Made by a program: the position numbers and the translations under genes. From assembly GCA_016932385.1 (NCBI GenBank), contig JAFGCY010000095.1, positions 59,306 through 123,305 on the forward strand: a stretch of 64,000 bases of DNA, given 5' to 3'. This DNA is from a bacterium. Lineage in GTDB: Bacteria > 4484-113 > JAFGCY01. The notes below the pieces were generated by a model that did not search any database, had not been told where the DNA came from, and worked only from the letters and a program-made list of their open reading frames with translations. Shown one piece after another: positions 27,172 to 36,273 of the stretch. Position 1 is the first letter of the stretch, and each line of letters starts with the position of its first letter.

Positions 27172-28322
27172 GCCAGCTGACGATCAACCTGGACGCCCTG
27201 CGGCATAACATCGAGCAGATCAATCTGTGGATGGACCGCCACGGGGCGCACTGGACGTTGGTAACCAAGGTGCTGTGCGGCCACGCCGACAGCCTGCGGG
27301 CGCTCCAGCAGCTGGGCGTGCGCAGCATGGGCGACTCGCGCCTGGAGAACCTGCATGCGATCGAGCGCGTGATCGATTCCTTCGAAGCCTGGTACCTGCG
27401 ATTGCCGCATCTGACGGCAGTCCATGAGATTGTCGCGGCTTCGGACGTCAGCCTGAACAGCGAGATCGAGATCATCCAGCAGCTCAACGAAGAAGCCCGC
27501 CGGCAGAACAAGGTGCACCGCGTCATCATCATGATCGAGTTGGGTGACCTGCGTGAGGGCATCCTGCCGGGCCATCTGGTGCAGTTCTACCAGGATATTT
27601 TCGGGCTCGATCATATCGAAGCGCTGGGGATCGGCGCGAACCTCGGCTGCATGTCGGGGACCGTGCCCAGCATCGATCAAATGATGCAACTGGCCTTGTA
27701 CCGCGAGCTGTTGGAGTTGAAGTTCGAGCGCCCGTTGCCGATGATTTCGGCCGGCTCGACCATCATGATTCCGATGCTGTTGGCCGGGCAGGTGCCCAAA
27801 GAGATCAACCACTTCCGGATCGGCGAGGCTGTTTTCCTGGGAACGGACCTGATCAACGGGGATACGCTGCCGGGTCTGCGCAATGACGCGATGATCCTCA
27901 ATGCTGAAATTGTCGAGATCAAGGAGAAAAGCCTAACGCCACTCGTCGAGACTTCGGCTTCGATCCGCCCGTTCGAATCGTTCGAGGGCGAGGATGCCGA
28001 GATTCCCGGCCAGCGCGGTTATCGGGCCTTGGTGGCGGTCGGCCAGTTGGATACCGACGTAGCCGGCCTGAGTCCCGTCAACAGCACGTTCAAGATCAGC
28101 GGCGCCTCCAGCGACCTGACCGTCGTCAACATCGGCGAGGACCGGGCGGGCTTGAATATCGGCGACCAGATCAGTTTCCATGTGAATTACAGCGCGCTGC
28201 TCAGGATCATGAGCAGCAAGTACGTCACGAAAGCTGTGACTCCCAAGTTGAGTAGTTTTCCGGAGCCCGATAGCGCACCGCTGCCGTCCGAGGTTCCGCC
28301 CGTGCTGGAATCTGAAGAATAG
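27168..28322 (+). CDS. Alanine-racemase-fold PLP-dependent enzyme (predicted amino-acid racemase family).
   Basis: The N-terminus MSQLTINLDALRHNIEQINLWMDRHGAHWTLVTKVLCGH resembles the Ala_racemase_N domain of YhfX-like or ornithine/alanine racemase-like proteins. The specific substrate is unknown. Confidence 0.6.
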   Translation: MSQLTINLDALRHNIEQINLWMDRHGAHWTLVTKVLCGHADSLRALQQLGVRSMGDSRLENLHAIERVIDSFEAWYLRLPHLTAVHEIVAASDVSLNSEIEIIQQLNEEARRQNKVHRVIIMIELGDLREGILPGHLVQFYQDIFGLDHIEALGIGANLGCMSGTVPSIDQMMQLALYRELLELKFERPLPMISAGSTIMIPMLLAGQVPKEINHFRIGEAVFLGTDLINGDTLPGLRNDAMILNAEIVEIKEKSLTPLVETSASIRPFESFEGEDAEIPGQRGYRALVAVGQLDTDVAGLSPVNSTFKISGASSDLTVVNIGEDRAGLNIGDQISFHVNYSALLRIMSSKYVTKAVTPKLSSFPEPDSAPLPSEVPPVLESEE

Positions 28323-28634
28323 GCTGCCGGTTTCGTTGGTAATGCCATACACCAACTGGTCGAAAATGGGATATAGGATCTCCGGCAAATTGGTCAAGGT
28401 TGTACCGATCACTACGCCGTACAGCAAAATCAGTGCCTCTTGGCGGCCGACAACCTGGATAAGAGAAGTTACTTTCATTGATCATCTACTTGGCATGTGC
28501 TAACTGGATTGGAATTGATACGCGGTGTAAGGATAAGCGGATTATAACATTCGCGGGAAATGGTCTAAGAAATTGTCGTTTACGGTGCAAGTAAGGGCCG
28601 CCTGTTTTTTACGGACGAAATGTAATCAGGCTTA

Positions 28635-29045
28635 TTAACGCGGTTGTTGCCGCAAGGCGGCTTGTCGTTTAAGGCACCGGATTTCCTCCAGACTGAATTG
28701 CTGTCCGCAGACCGAGCAGCGTCCACGCTCAATCTCGGCGATTGTCAGCTCGGAACGGCCGCAGGGGCACATGACGCCGCTGAGCATATTGCCCTGGACG
28801 ACCATGGGTGGCAGGGACTGACCGGAAATCCGCATCCGGTCGCTGGCGGGACGCAGTCCACTGGCGCAGAGCGCGCACAACTCGCCAGAACTAGCCGGCG
28901 GAAGCGGTTTCAGACATTGTTTACACTTTCTCACAGGCATCTTTGGGCCTTCCAAGTAAAACTGTCGCCGTTGTTCACGGATTGCCCGTGGCCATCGGCA
29001 CGATCCCCCCTGCTTGATAGACCAGTCTGCAAGCAGTTTGTTCAA
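28635..29045 (-). CDS. Double zinc-ribbon protein (4 CxxC pairs); paralog A.
   Basis: CKQC..CALC..CPC..CSVC. It aligns along its length with the neighbouring ORF, sharing SGV-CP-C-ELT-A and C-S-CG-F-S-E blocks. The real start is possibly MPVRKCKQC (about 28938). Confidence 0.5.
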   Translation of the reverse strand: MNKLLADWSIKQGGSCRWPRAIREQRRQFYLEGPKMPVRKCKQCLKPLPPASSGELCALCASGLRPASDRMRISGQSLPPMVVQGNMLSGVMCPCGRSELTIAEIERGRCSVCGQQFSLEEIRCLKRQAALRQQPR

Positions 29046-29102
29046 ATGGCTGGACCGCGGGTCAGGAAGAGACGAGCAGGCGGCAGCTGTTCAGCGTAAG
29101 TG

Positions 29103-29474
29103 CTACCAGATCGGAGCGTCCTCGGGCCAGCTTTTTTCCCCTAGCCCGGTATCGCGGAACGGAGTCAAGGTAAGTTTACTGCGGTCTAACTCGGCCTGGC
29201 GGATTAACTCGTTCATCTGCTCGGCGGAGAATTCAAAGCCGCAAATGCTGCATTCCAGATGCTTGAGATCTGCCAATGTAAGCTCGGCATCGCAATGCGG
29301 GCAGGTCACGCCGCTCAGCTTGCGTCCCTCGCTGACGACTTCGATCCGTTCGCTGCTGATTTCCAGTGGTTCACGCTCGACCGGTACTAAACCGATGGCG
29401 CAAAGGCTGCACTTGTCTTCGGCAAAACCCGCAGGCAGTGATTTGCCGCATAACTTACATACTTTCTCTTCCAT
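29103..29474 (-). CDS. Double zinc-ribbon protein; paralog B, immediately downstream of clpP.
   Basis: MEEKVCKLCGK...CSLC...LSGVTCPHCDAELTLADL...CSICGFEFSAEQ. It is co-directional with clpP and 105 nt downstream of it. Confidence 0.55.
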   Translation of the reverse strand: MEEKVCKLCGKSLPAGFAEDKCSLCAIGLVPVEREPLEISSERIEVVSEGRKLSGVTCPHCDAELTLADLKHLECSICGFEFSAEQMNELIRQAELDRSKLTLTPFRDTGLGEKSWPEDAPIW

Positions 29475-29579
29475 CTTCCTTCACCAACCAAGGCTGGATG
29501 CATTCAAGCGCACGCAACCGTGCCCACCCCTACCAGGTAAATCATACCAGAATCCCTTGCTCAGGGGTAAACCCGCGGT

Positions 29580-30191
29580 CTACTGGTCCTTGGGCTCCTT
29601 TGCCGGTTCCTCGGGCTCGATGATCTGGTCGATCAGACCGTATTTCTTCGCCTCGATGGGATCAAGGAAATTATCGCGGTCGGTATCCCGCTCAACGGTC
29701 TTCAGGCTCTGGCCGCTATGTTTGGCCAGCAGGCTGTTCAGCCGCTTTTTCGTAGACAACATCTCACGCGCGTGGATCTCCACATCGCTGGCCTGGCCAC
29801 GGAACCCGCCCCAGGGCTGATGGATCATGATCTTGGCATTCGGCAGGGCGTAACGTTTGCCGGCGGCACCGCCCGCGAGCAGGATCGCGCCCATCGAAGC
29901 CGCCAAGCCGACACAGATCGTGCTGACCTGCGGGCGGATCAACTGCATCGTGTCATAGATCGCCAAGCCGTCGACCACGCTGCCTCCGGGGCTGTTGATA
30001 TAGATATCGATGTCCTTCGTGCTGTCTTCTTTCTCCAAAAACAGCAACTGGGCGACCACGGAGTTGGCGACGAGGTCGTTGATCTCGCTGCCGATGAAAA
30101 TAATCCGGTCCTTCAGCAGGCGGCTGTATATATCGTAGGCGCGCTCACCGAAGTTGCTCTGCTCGATAACCATTGGAACGTAATAGGCCAT
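29580..30191 (-). CDS. clpP: ATP-dependent Clp protease proteolytic subunit.
   Basis: The GGAGGG RBS lies 7 nt before the ATG at 30191. The sequence [33 protein letters not shown]...[32 protein letters not shown] includes catalytic Ser and His. Confidence 0.9.
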   Translation of the reverse strand: MAYYVPMVIEQSNFGERAYDIYSRLLKDRIIFIGSEINDLVANSVVAQLLFLEKEDSTKDIDIYINSPGGSVVDGLAIYDTMQLIRPQVSTICVGLAASMGAILLAGGAAGKRYALPNAKIMIHQPWGGFRGQASDVEIHAREMLSTKKRLNSLLAKHSGQSLKTVERDTDRDNFLDPIEAKKYGLIDQIIEPEEPAKEPKDQ

Positions 30192-30302
30192 ATTTCTCCC
30201 TCCAGCCATTATGCTACCACGCGCGGCTGAGAATCCTGTCAATTCCCCGGCTTGTTACACCCGCTAAATCGCGTCTTCACACAGGCAGGTTACAATGGTG
30301 CC

Positions 30303-31202
30303 ATGAAGCGCAAGGATTTCACCAAACTGAACCTCGGCAACCGTGAGCGGCTGACCGGTGGATTGACTGATCACGAACATCCCGTGGTCTCACCGGATGG
30401 CCAGTGGGTTGCCCATTACTCCGGTGAGTACGGCTCGCTGTGCGTGATTGTGACCGACCGCCGGGGGCGGTTCGGCCGTCGCGCTTCACCGCACGGTGGC
30501 AACAATACCCAGCCAGCCTGGGATCCGACGGGGAAACGGGTGGCTTATCGCCACCAGCCGGACACCGAACATAACTGGGAAATCTGGGAAACGGTACTGT
30601 TGCCCCAGGCCCAGCCCGAACTGGTGCTGGGCGATGCGCGCTGGAATTACAAACATCCAAGCTATCATCCCACCGCAGCGCGGCTGGCCTACTTCAGCGA
30701 TGAGGGCAGTGCCGAGATCTACCATCTCTGGGAACTGGACCGGACCACGGGGCAGTGCCGGCAGCTGACGTTCGGCGATTCGCAGAACCACTGCCATCCG
30801 GTCTACAGCCCCGACGGCGCCCGGATCGCCTTTCACGCTTACGAGGGTGTAGACCAGCGGGAACCCGCGGTGACCAACCTGTACGAGCTGACCCTGGAGG
30901 ACGGCGCGACCCGCCAGCTGACCAGCGGGGAGGACCAGTACAAGCATCCGTTCTATCTGACTAACGATGTGATTACTTACCACCATGAGCGCAATACTGA
31001 TGGCCTGCGCTGGCTGGAAGCCATGCATCTGAAATCCGGCGATCTGATTCAGCTGACCAGCGGCAAGAACAATGACAAGCATCCCCATCCCTGGCAGGCT
31101 AAGGGCCGGTATTACCTGGCTTGGTCGAGTAAAAGGCTCGGACCGGAACTGGAAGATGAGCCGGCGACCTATGACATCTTTGTCGCCGAATTGAAGTGCT
31201 AA
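30303..31202 (+). CDS. PD40/WD40-like beta-propeller repeat protein (TolB-like repeats, no obvious signal peptide).
   Basis: Repeated VVSPDGQWVAHYS / PAWDPTGKRVAYRH / PVYSPDGARIAFHA blocks are typical of PD40 repeats. Confidence 0.6.
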   Translation: MKRKDFTKLNLGNRERLTGGLTDHEHPVVSPDGQWVAHYSGEYGSLCVIVTDRRGRFGRRASPHGGNNTQPAWDPTGKRVAYRHQPDTEHNWEIWETVLLPQAQPELVLGDARWNYKHPSYHPTAARLAYFSDEGSAEIYHLWELDRTTGQCRQLTFGDSQNHCHPVYSPDGARIAFHAYEGVDQREPAVTNLYELTLEDGATRQLTSGEDQYKHPFYLTNDVITYHHERNTDGLRWLEAMHLKSGDLIQLTSGKNNDKHPHPWQAKGRYYLAWSSKRLGPELEDEPATYDIFVAELKC

Positions 31203-31482
31203 CTGCTAGTATGTCGGCCGGTGGGAGGGGATGGCGAAAGCATAAGCGAACGACCACGCGCTGACCGGTGCCGGTGTCTGGGCCACCAACTGCTGGAGCC
31301 GGCGATGGTGCTCGGCGCGATGATATGTCTGCTGCTGGCGCAGGTTGTACAGCCGGCTGGCGGTGATATTCAACTCCAGCGGCCCGTCCGCGGGAAGCTT
31401 GTTGTGATTGCCGTTATCCACGTTTATTAGATCGGCAACCACAGGCTGCGCTTGATGGGCTGGGGCGTAAAATCCTGATTGC

Positions 31483-32616
31483 CTAGTCCAGGGGCAGTTC
31501 TTCGGCGTCAGGCAGCTCGTCCAGGTTGATCCGGCCGTGCTGCGGTCCCTCGATCTCGATCAGGATTTTTTCGCCGTCGCGCGTGACCGTGATCACCTGG
31601 CCGGTATAGAAGCTGCTTTGATAGGTAGCCCGAGGCTCACCCTGGGCGCGGTATACCTGGTTGCGCAGATCGGCCGTGATGGTCTCCGCGCTCAGGCTGA
31701 ACTCGCGGACGGGATCGTTGATCCAGACATTGTCCATGGCCGAAGCCAGCTGCGTTTCCAGCTGGAATTCCACCAAACCCGCATCCAGCGTCATGCCCGT
31801 GGCACTGTCCTCAATATGCGGGGAATCGAAGGCCGTCAGCATTTGCTTGCTGAGATCGGCGCTCAATTGGCCGCAACAAAGCTTGATCTCGCCGATCGAA
31901 GCCTGCAGGCCGTCGGTGACGGTCAGCGTGCGTTCTGCCAGGTTGAGTTCACAACGCTCGGCCTTGACGGAAACCAGCGGCAGATCGGCCTGCTGGAACT
32001 CCGCCTCGATGTTGCCGCGGGCCAGGGCCCGGCTGGTCAGCGAGTCCAGCAGCAGGCGGTCGGCGGACAGGTGGGAGACTTCCCCCGTGACCGGGTCATT
32101 GTGTGAAACCGTGCTGCGCCCCGTCGCGGCCCACGACCGCCCGCCGTCCGTGCTGACCAGCTCCGCCGTCGCCAGGACGATACCGTTGGTGCTCTCGATG
32201 CGCACGTCACCGGCGGCGCCGACGCGCCGGACGCTGTTTTCGGAGAACCGCGCGCGCGGCAGCTCCAACTCACGGGCCATCTCCGCGATCGCCTGGCCGG
32301 GATCACGCGAGATCCGCTCGGTGTCGGTGGGCATCTGGGGCAGCTTGATCTCGGATTCCTGCCAGGCGTCGCTGGTAATGACATCCAGTTCCACCGTCTC
32401 AGCGGTCAGGCTAAAGGATTCACCGCGCACGGTTACGCCGTCGGAGAAACGCAGATAGGTCGTCTCCTCACCGGGCGTGATCTCGAGACGGTCGCCGGTC
32501 AGGGTCAGGTTGCGCGTGCTGAGCTCGATCTCTGGTGTCTCCGGCGGCGGGGTGGCCGCCAGCGCCAGCAGGCAGGCCGCCAGGAGCAATCCGGCTATCG
32601 GTAGATTGCGTCGCAC
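31483..32616 (-). CDS. Secreted hypothetical protein with repeated beta-strand-rich segments (possible OstA/LptA-like fold).
   Basis: Signal MRRNLPIAGLLLAACLLALAA. Repeated LTLTGDRLEIT / SFSLTAETVELD / LTVTDGLQASIGEIKL segments are present. The family assignment is speculative. Confidence 0.35.
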   Translation of the reverse strand: MRRNLPIAGLLLAACLLALAATPPPETPEIELSTRNLTLTGDRLEITPGEETTYLRFSDGVTVRGESFSLTAETVELDVITSDAWQESEIKLPQMPTDTERISRDPGQAIAEMARELELPRARFSENSVRRVGAAGDVRIESTNGIVLATAELVSTDGGRSWAATGRSTVSHNDPVTGEVSHLSADRLLLDSLTSRALARGNIEAEFQQADLPLVSVKAERCELNLAERTLTVTDGLQASIGEIKLCCGQLSADLSKQMLTAFDSPHIEDSATGMTLDAGLVEFQLETQLASAMDNVWINDPVREFSLSAETITADLRNQVYRAQGEPRATYQSSFYTGQVITVTRDGEKILIEIEGPQHGRINLDELPDAEELPLD

Positions 32617-32625
32617 GCTGCTATT

Positions 32626-34536
32626 CTAGCGCTCCGCCGCCGGTTCGAATTCAGTGACGGGTTTGATCTTCTGCTTGATCAGCTTCAGCTCCTGAAACAG
32701 CGCGGCTTGCCGCTCTTCGTCCCGGGCGGTGATGGCCCGGCGCAACTCGGCCGAGATCACGACCTCGCGCCGTTGGTAGTACAGATTGCGGTGCCGCGTC
32801 AGCAGCTGTTCAGTGCTGTCCAACAACGGCTCGGCGGCCAGCAATTCGCTAAGCAGCTGTTTGTGCTCCTCACTGTGCACAACCTGCTGAATATCGGCGC
32901 CGCCGGCGAGTAACTCGAAGATTGCTCGCATCTGGGAATCGGCGAACCATTCCGCCACCGGCTCCTCCAGAGCCAGGGCCAGATAAACAAACCGAAAAGC
33001 GTCGTGAGCCACCAGCCGGCGCGTTACTTCGCGCTCGGTCGTCAGTGGGTGCGTGCTGATGCTCAGGTGGCGAGCCAGGTTGCGCTTCTGGGCTTTGTCG
33101 ATTTCCTGGCGAGTCAGCAGCTCTTCCGACAACTCGCCATCCCGCGCATACAGCACATTGGCATTGAGCTCCCGCGGAGAGAAGCCGCGGCGGGCCTTGT
33201 AGTCACGTTTCAGCTTGACCGCCGTCGGCCCGATCGGCGCCGCCCCGCGCAGCAGTGCCCCGACTTCTTCGGCGCCGAGTCGCAGGGCGTTGGCGACTTC
33301 CCTGAGCATTTGCTGGCGCGACAATTCATCCGGTACGGATGTGTACAGCGGCGAAAGCTGCTGGACCCATTTGCGTTGCCGCGGCAGGTCGGGCTGCGGG
33401 AACTGCTCCTGCTGGTAATCGAGCCAGAAGCGGACGGGATTGACCGCCTCGCTCAACAGCCCCAGCCAGGCCTCGCGCCCGCGCTCGCGCACCAGGTCGT
33501 CCGGATCAATGCCGCGCGGCAGCGCGATCACGCGGACGTCGTGGCCACCACGCAGGAACAACATGCCCGCGCTCCAGGCCGCGCGCACCCCCGCCTCGTC
33601 GCCGTCGAAGGCCAGGAAGAAGCGGTCGGTGTAACGGGCCAGCAGCTTGACGTGCTGCTCGGTCAGGGCCGTGCCACAGGTGGCGACGGCGTTTTCCACT
33701 CCCGCGCGGGCCAGGCCGATGACGTCCATGTAACCCTCGACGATCACCGCGCCCTCGTCGCGCATCACGCCCTTGGCCCGGTTCAGGTTGTAGAGCACGC
33801 TGCTCTTGTCGTAGAGCGGTGTATTGGTCACGTTCAGGTATTTCGGGTTGTCCTCGTCGCTGAGGGCGCGGCCGGCAAAGCCGATCACCCGCCCGGTTAC
33901 CCCGCGGATCGGGAAGATCAGGCGGTGGCGGAATGCGTCGTAGAAACCGCGGCCTTCCCCGCCGCCCGGGCCGTCGCTCTGGCGTTGCTTGATCAGGCCG
34001 AGAGCCACCAGTTCGCTGGACTTGGCTCCCTTGCTCAACAGCAGGTCCGTCAGCGCTTGCCATTCGCGCGGGGCATAGCCCAGGTCGAACTCGGAAGCCT
34101 GGCGTTCGCCGATCTCCCGTCGTTCCAGGTACTTGGCGGCGGTTTCGCCCTCGGGTTTTTTCAGCGAGGTCCGGAAGAACTTCAGTGCCGCCTCGTTGAG
34201 TGAATAAAGGCGTTCCTTGACGCCCTGTTGGTGGTGCTGGCCCGCCGACTTGGGTACCTGGATACCGTATTTATTGGCAAGCCATTCCAGCGCGTCGACA
34301 AACTCAAGGTTTTCGATGCGCATCACGAAGTCGATGACGTTGCCGCCCGCCTTGCAGCCAAAACAGTGGAACAGACCTTTATCGGTGTTGACGTGGAAAC
34401 TGGCGGCCTTTTCGTCGTGGAACGGGCAGCTGCCCTTGAGCTCACGGCCGGCCATGGTCAGCGCGACATACTGGCCGATCACGTCCGCGATGTTGACTTG
34501 GGAAAGAATGGCCTCCTTCAGATCCACGGGCATCAT
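32626..34536 (-). CDS. dnaG: DNA primase.
   Basis: The CHC2 zinc finger is CPFHDEKAASFHVNTDKGLFHCFGCKAGGNVIDFVM. The TOPRIM region is VIVEGYMDVIGLARAG and LAFDGDEAG. Length is 636 aa. Confidence 0.9.
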   Translation of the reverse strand: MMPVDLKEAILSQVNIADVIGQYVALTMAGRELKGSCPFHDEKAASFHVNTDKGLFHCFGCKAGGNVIDFVMRIENLEFVDALEWLANKYGIQVPKSAGQHHQQGVKERLYSLNEAALKFFRTSLKKPEGETAAKYLERREIGERQASEFDLGYAPREWQALTDLLLSKGAKSSELVALGLIKQRQSDGPGGGEGRGFYDAFRHRLIFPIRGVTGRVIGFAGRALSDEDNPKYLNVTNTPLYDKSSVLYNLNRAKGVMRDEGAVIVEGYMDVIGLARAGVENAVATCGTALTEQHVKLLARYTDRFFLAFDGDEAGVRAAWSAGMLFLRGGHDVRVIALPRGIDPDDLVRERGREAWLGLLSEAVNPVRFWLDYQQEQFPQPDLPRQRKWVQQLSPLYTSVPDELSRQQMLREVANALRLGAEEVGALLRGAAPIGPTAVKLKRDYKARRGFSPRELNANVLYARDGELSEELLTRQEIDKAQKRNLARHLSISTHPLTTEREVTRRLVAHDAFRFVYLALALEEPVAEWFADSQMRAIFELLAGGADIQQVVHSEEHKQLLSELLAAEPLLDSTEQLLTRHRNLYYQRREVVISAELRRAITARDEERQAALFQELKLIKQKIKPVTEFEPAAER

Positions 34537-34607
34537 TGTCTCCGATTATCGGAAACAACGCAACAAATGTTTATAGTTTTGATGGTGTTTAAGCTGCGTG
34601 GATAAAT

Positions 34608-34650
34608 CGCCAAGGAAAAAAAGAAAAGCGGCCTTCATTGCGAAGGCCGC
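34608..34650 (-). terminator. Rho-independent terminator for the 34699..36153 gene.
   Basis: On the minus strand the gcggccttc-gcaat-gaaggccgc hairpin is followed by TTTTCTTTTTTTCC. Confidence 0.55.
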
Positions 34651-34698
34651 TGTCTGTTCAATGTCCTTGGCACGGCCACAGCCGTACCGGCGATTGCA

Positions 34699-36153
34699 TT
34701 AGCCCTTACCGGGAACCTCGATGACTTCTTCCGGTTCTTCCTCTGGCTCGGGGAAATAACCGAAATCACTCGGCGGGGCGGGCGGAGCCATCGGCGGAGT
34801 TACCACCGCCGGAACTTCAACCGGAGTCTCCACCGGATAATCCCAACCCACACTCGGCATGGCCTCGCAATTGCCATCGCACGCGGGCAGCGGGCAATCG
34901 CAGCACTCCATGTCGAACGGCAGGTTGCCGGCCGGCCAGACGTTACCCCAGGTGTTGGGATCCATCGCCGCGCGGATGTCGCGGGTCAGCTTCTTGTCCA
35001 GCTCAACATGGGCATACCAGGTCGGATCGCTCAGCACTAGCGCGAAGTCGATATGCTGGCCATAGCCGCACATCATCTTCATCCAGTCAACCTCACACTC
35101 ATTGAAGCGCCACGCGAACTTCCAGCGATAGGCCTGGGCGAGGGGATCGTAGGTGATGTCCTCGATCACGACCTTGCGCGGATAGTACAGGTAATGCTTG
35201 TTGAAGTCGATGTCGAAGCCCTTGTAAGCGAAGTCCGTACACCAGGGCTGCTCGTCACCGGGCTTGGTCCACGGCTCCGGGCATTTCTTGCAGTCGAAAC
35301 AGCCGGTCACCATGTCGCAGTTGCCGCAGTCCTGCTCGACCGTGCAAACGCCGACGGGCGCGTCGCCGCAACCCGAGCACTTCGTGCAGCCATCGGCCTC
35401 GGCGGCGCAGGGATCGCAAGTGCAGGTGCGCTCCTTGAACTCCGGGCCGCAGACATGTTTAGCCCGATCACGGTACTGATACAGGAACTCGCGGACGTGC
35501 TCGTCCTCGATATCCTGGGCCTTGGGCAGGCCGAACTCGAGGTAGAACTTGTCCTTGAAGTTGCTCAGATAACGCGTGAAATAGCGGTTCTCGAACCGGT
35601 CGGGCGTGTAATGGCCCTTCTTGTCCACGGAGAACCAGACCCAGGTGATCGCCTCGCCGCACTGCGGCGTGACCTCGGCGTAGTAATCGATGACCTGCTG
35701 CAGCACGTCGGGCTCGCAGATGTAGTACTCATCGATCAGGCGCTGAATGTGATCGCGGATCATGTCGCGCGTGAAGAAGAATGCCGTTATCGTGTAGTTA
35801 TGGCATTTGCTGTGCCATACCGTTACCGCATGCTTCGGATAATACAGGCGCTCGAAGTTGAACTCTTTATCCGTCCGCTTGACCACGGGGAAACGGAAAT
35901 CCTCCAACGTCAGAGGACTGTAGCCCACCTCGTCAACGGGACGATGCTGGAAGCTGTGGAATTCCGGCGGGACATTGTCGATGTCCGCCGCAGTCACGTC
36001 CAGCGAGTCATACTCCGGACCCTGGTACAGCGGAATGCCGGTCACCTCGTACTTGGTATCGACAGCCCCGCTTTCATCTGCTGCTTCATCCTGCGCAAAT
36101 GCTACCGCGCAAGCGAGCAAGCTCATCATCAACCCTACTAACAGATAGCGCAT
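34699..36153 (-). CDS. Secreted cysteine-rich hypothetical protein.
   Basis: RBS ggagcg precedes the Met at 36153, giving the signal MRYLLVGLMMSLLACAVAFAQ. The cluster ERTCTCDPCAAEADGCTKCSGCGDAPVGVCTVEQDCGNCDMVTGCFDCKKCPEPW and a Pro/Glu-rich C-terminus are present. No domain recognised. Confidence 0.5.
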   Translation of the reverse strand: MRYLLVGLMMSLLACAVAFAQDEAADESGAVDTKYEVTGIPLYQGPEYDSLDVTAADIDNVPPEFHSFQHRPVDEVGYSPLTLEDFRFPVVKRTDKEFNFERLYYPKHAVTVWHSKCHNYTITAFFFTRDMIRDHIQRLIDEYYICEPDVLQQVIDYYAEVTPQCGEAITWVWFSVDKKGHYTPDRFENRYFTRYLSNFKDKFYLEFGLPKAQDIEDEHVREFLYQYRDRAKHVCGPEFKERTCTCDPCAAEADGCTKCSGCGDAPVGVCTVEQDCGNCDMVTGCFDCKKCPEPWTKPGDEQPWCTDFAYKGFDIDFNKHYLYYPRKVVIEDITYDPLAQAYRWKFAWRFNECEVDWMKMMCGYGQHIDFALVLSDPTWYAHVELDKKLTRDIRAAMDPNTWGNVWPAGNLPFDMECCDCPLPACDGNCEAMPSVGWDYPVETPVEVPAVVTPPMAPPAPPSDFGYFPEPEEEPEEVIEVPGKG

Positions 36154-36273
36154 ACAATCGCTCCGGACGTTTTTAACGCTACGTTCAGAAGTGCTCATTC
36201 TACCATATCTAATATGTATGGCAAAGGGAATCGGCTCCGAGGCCTGCGACCCTTACCGCCGTAGAAGTTACAC

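Noticed and set aside
27144-27812. 222-aa minus-strand ORF overlapping the racemase-like gene.
   Set aside because: It is antisense, and the + frame has the Ala_racemase_N-like N-terminus and coupled ATGA overlap with the upstream GNAT gene.
33004-34203. 399-aa + strand ORF overlapping dnaG.
   Set aside because: It is antisense to dnaG, which has the CHC2 zinc finger and TOPRIM motifs.
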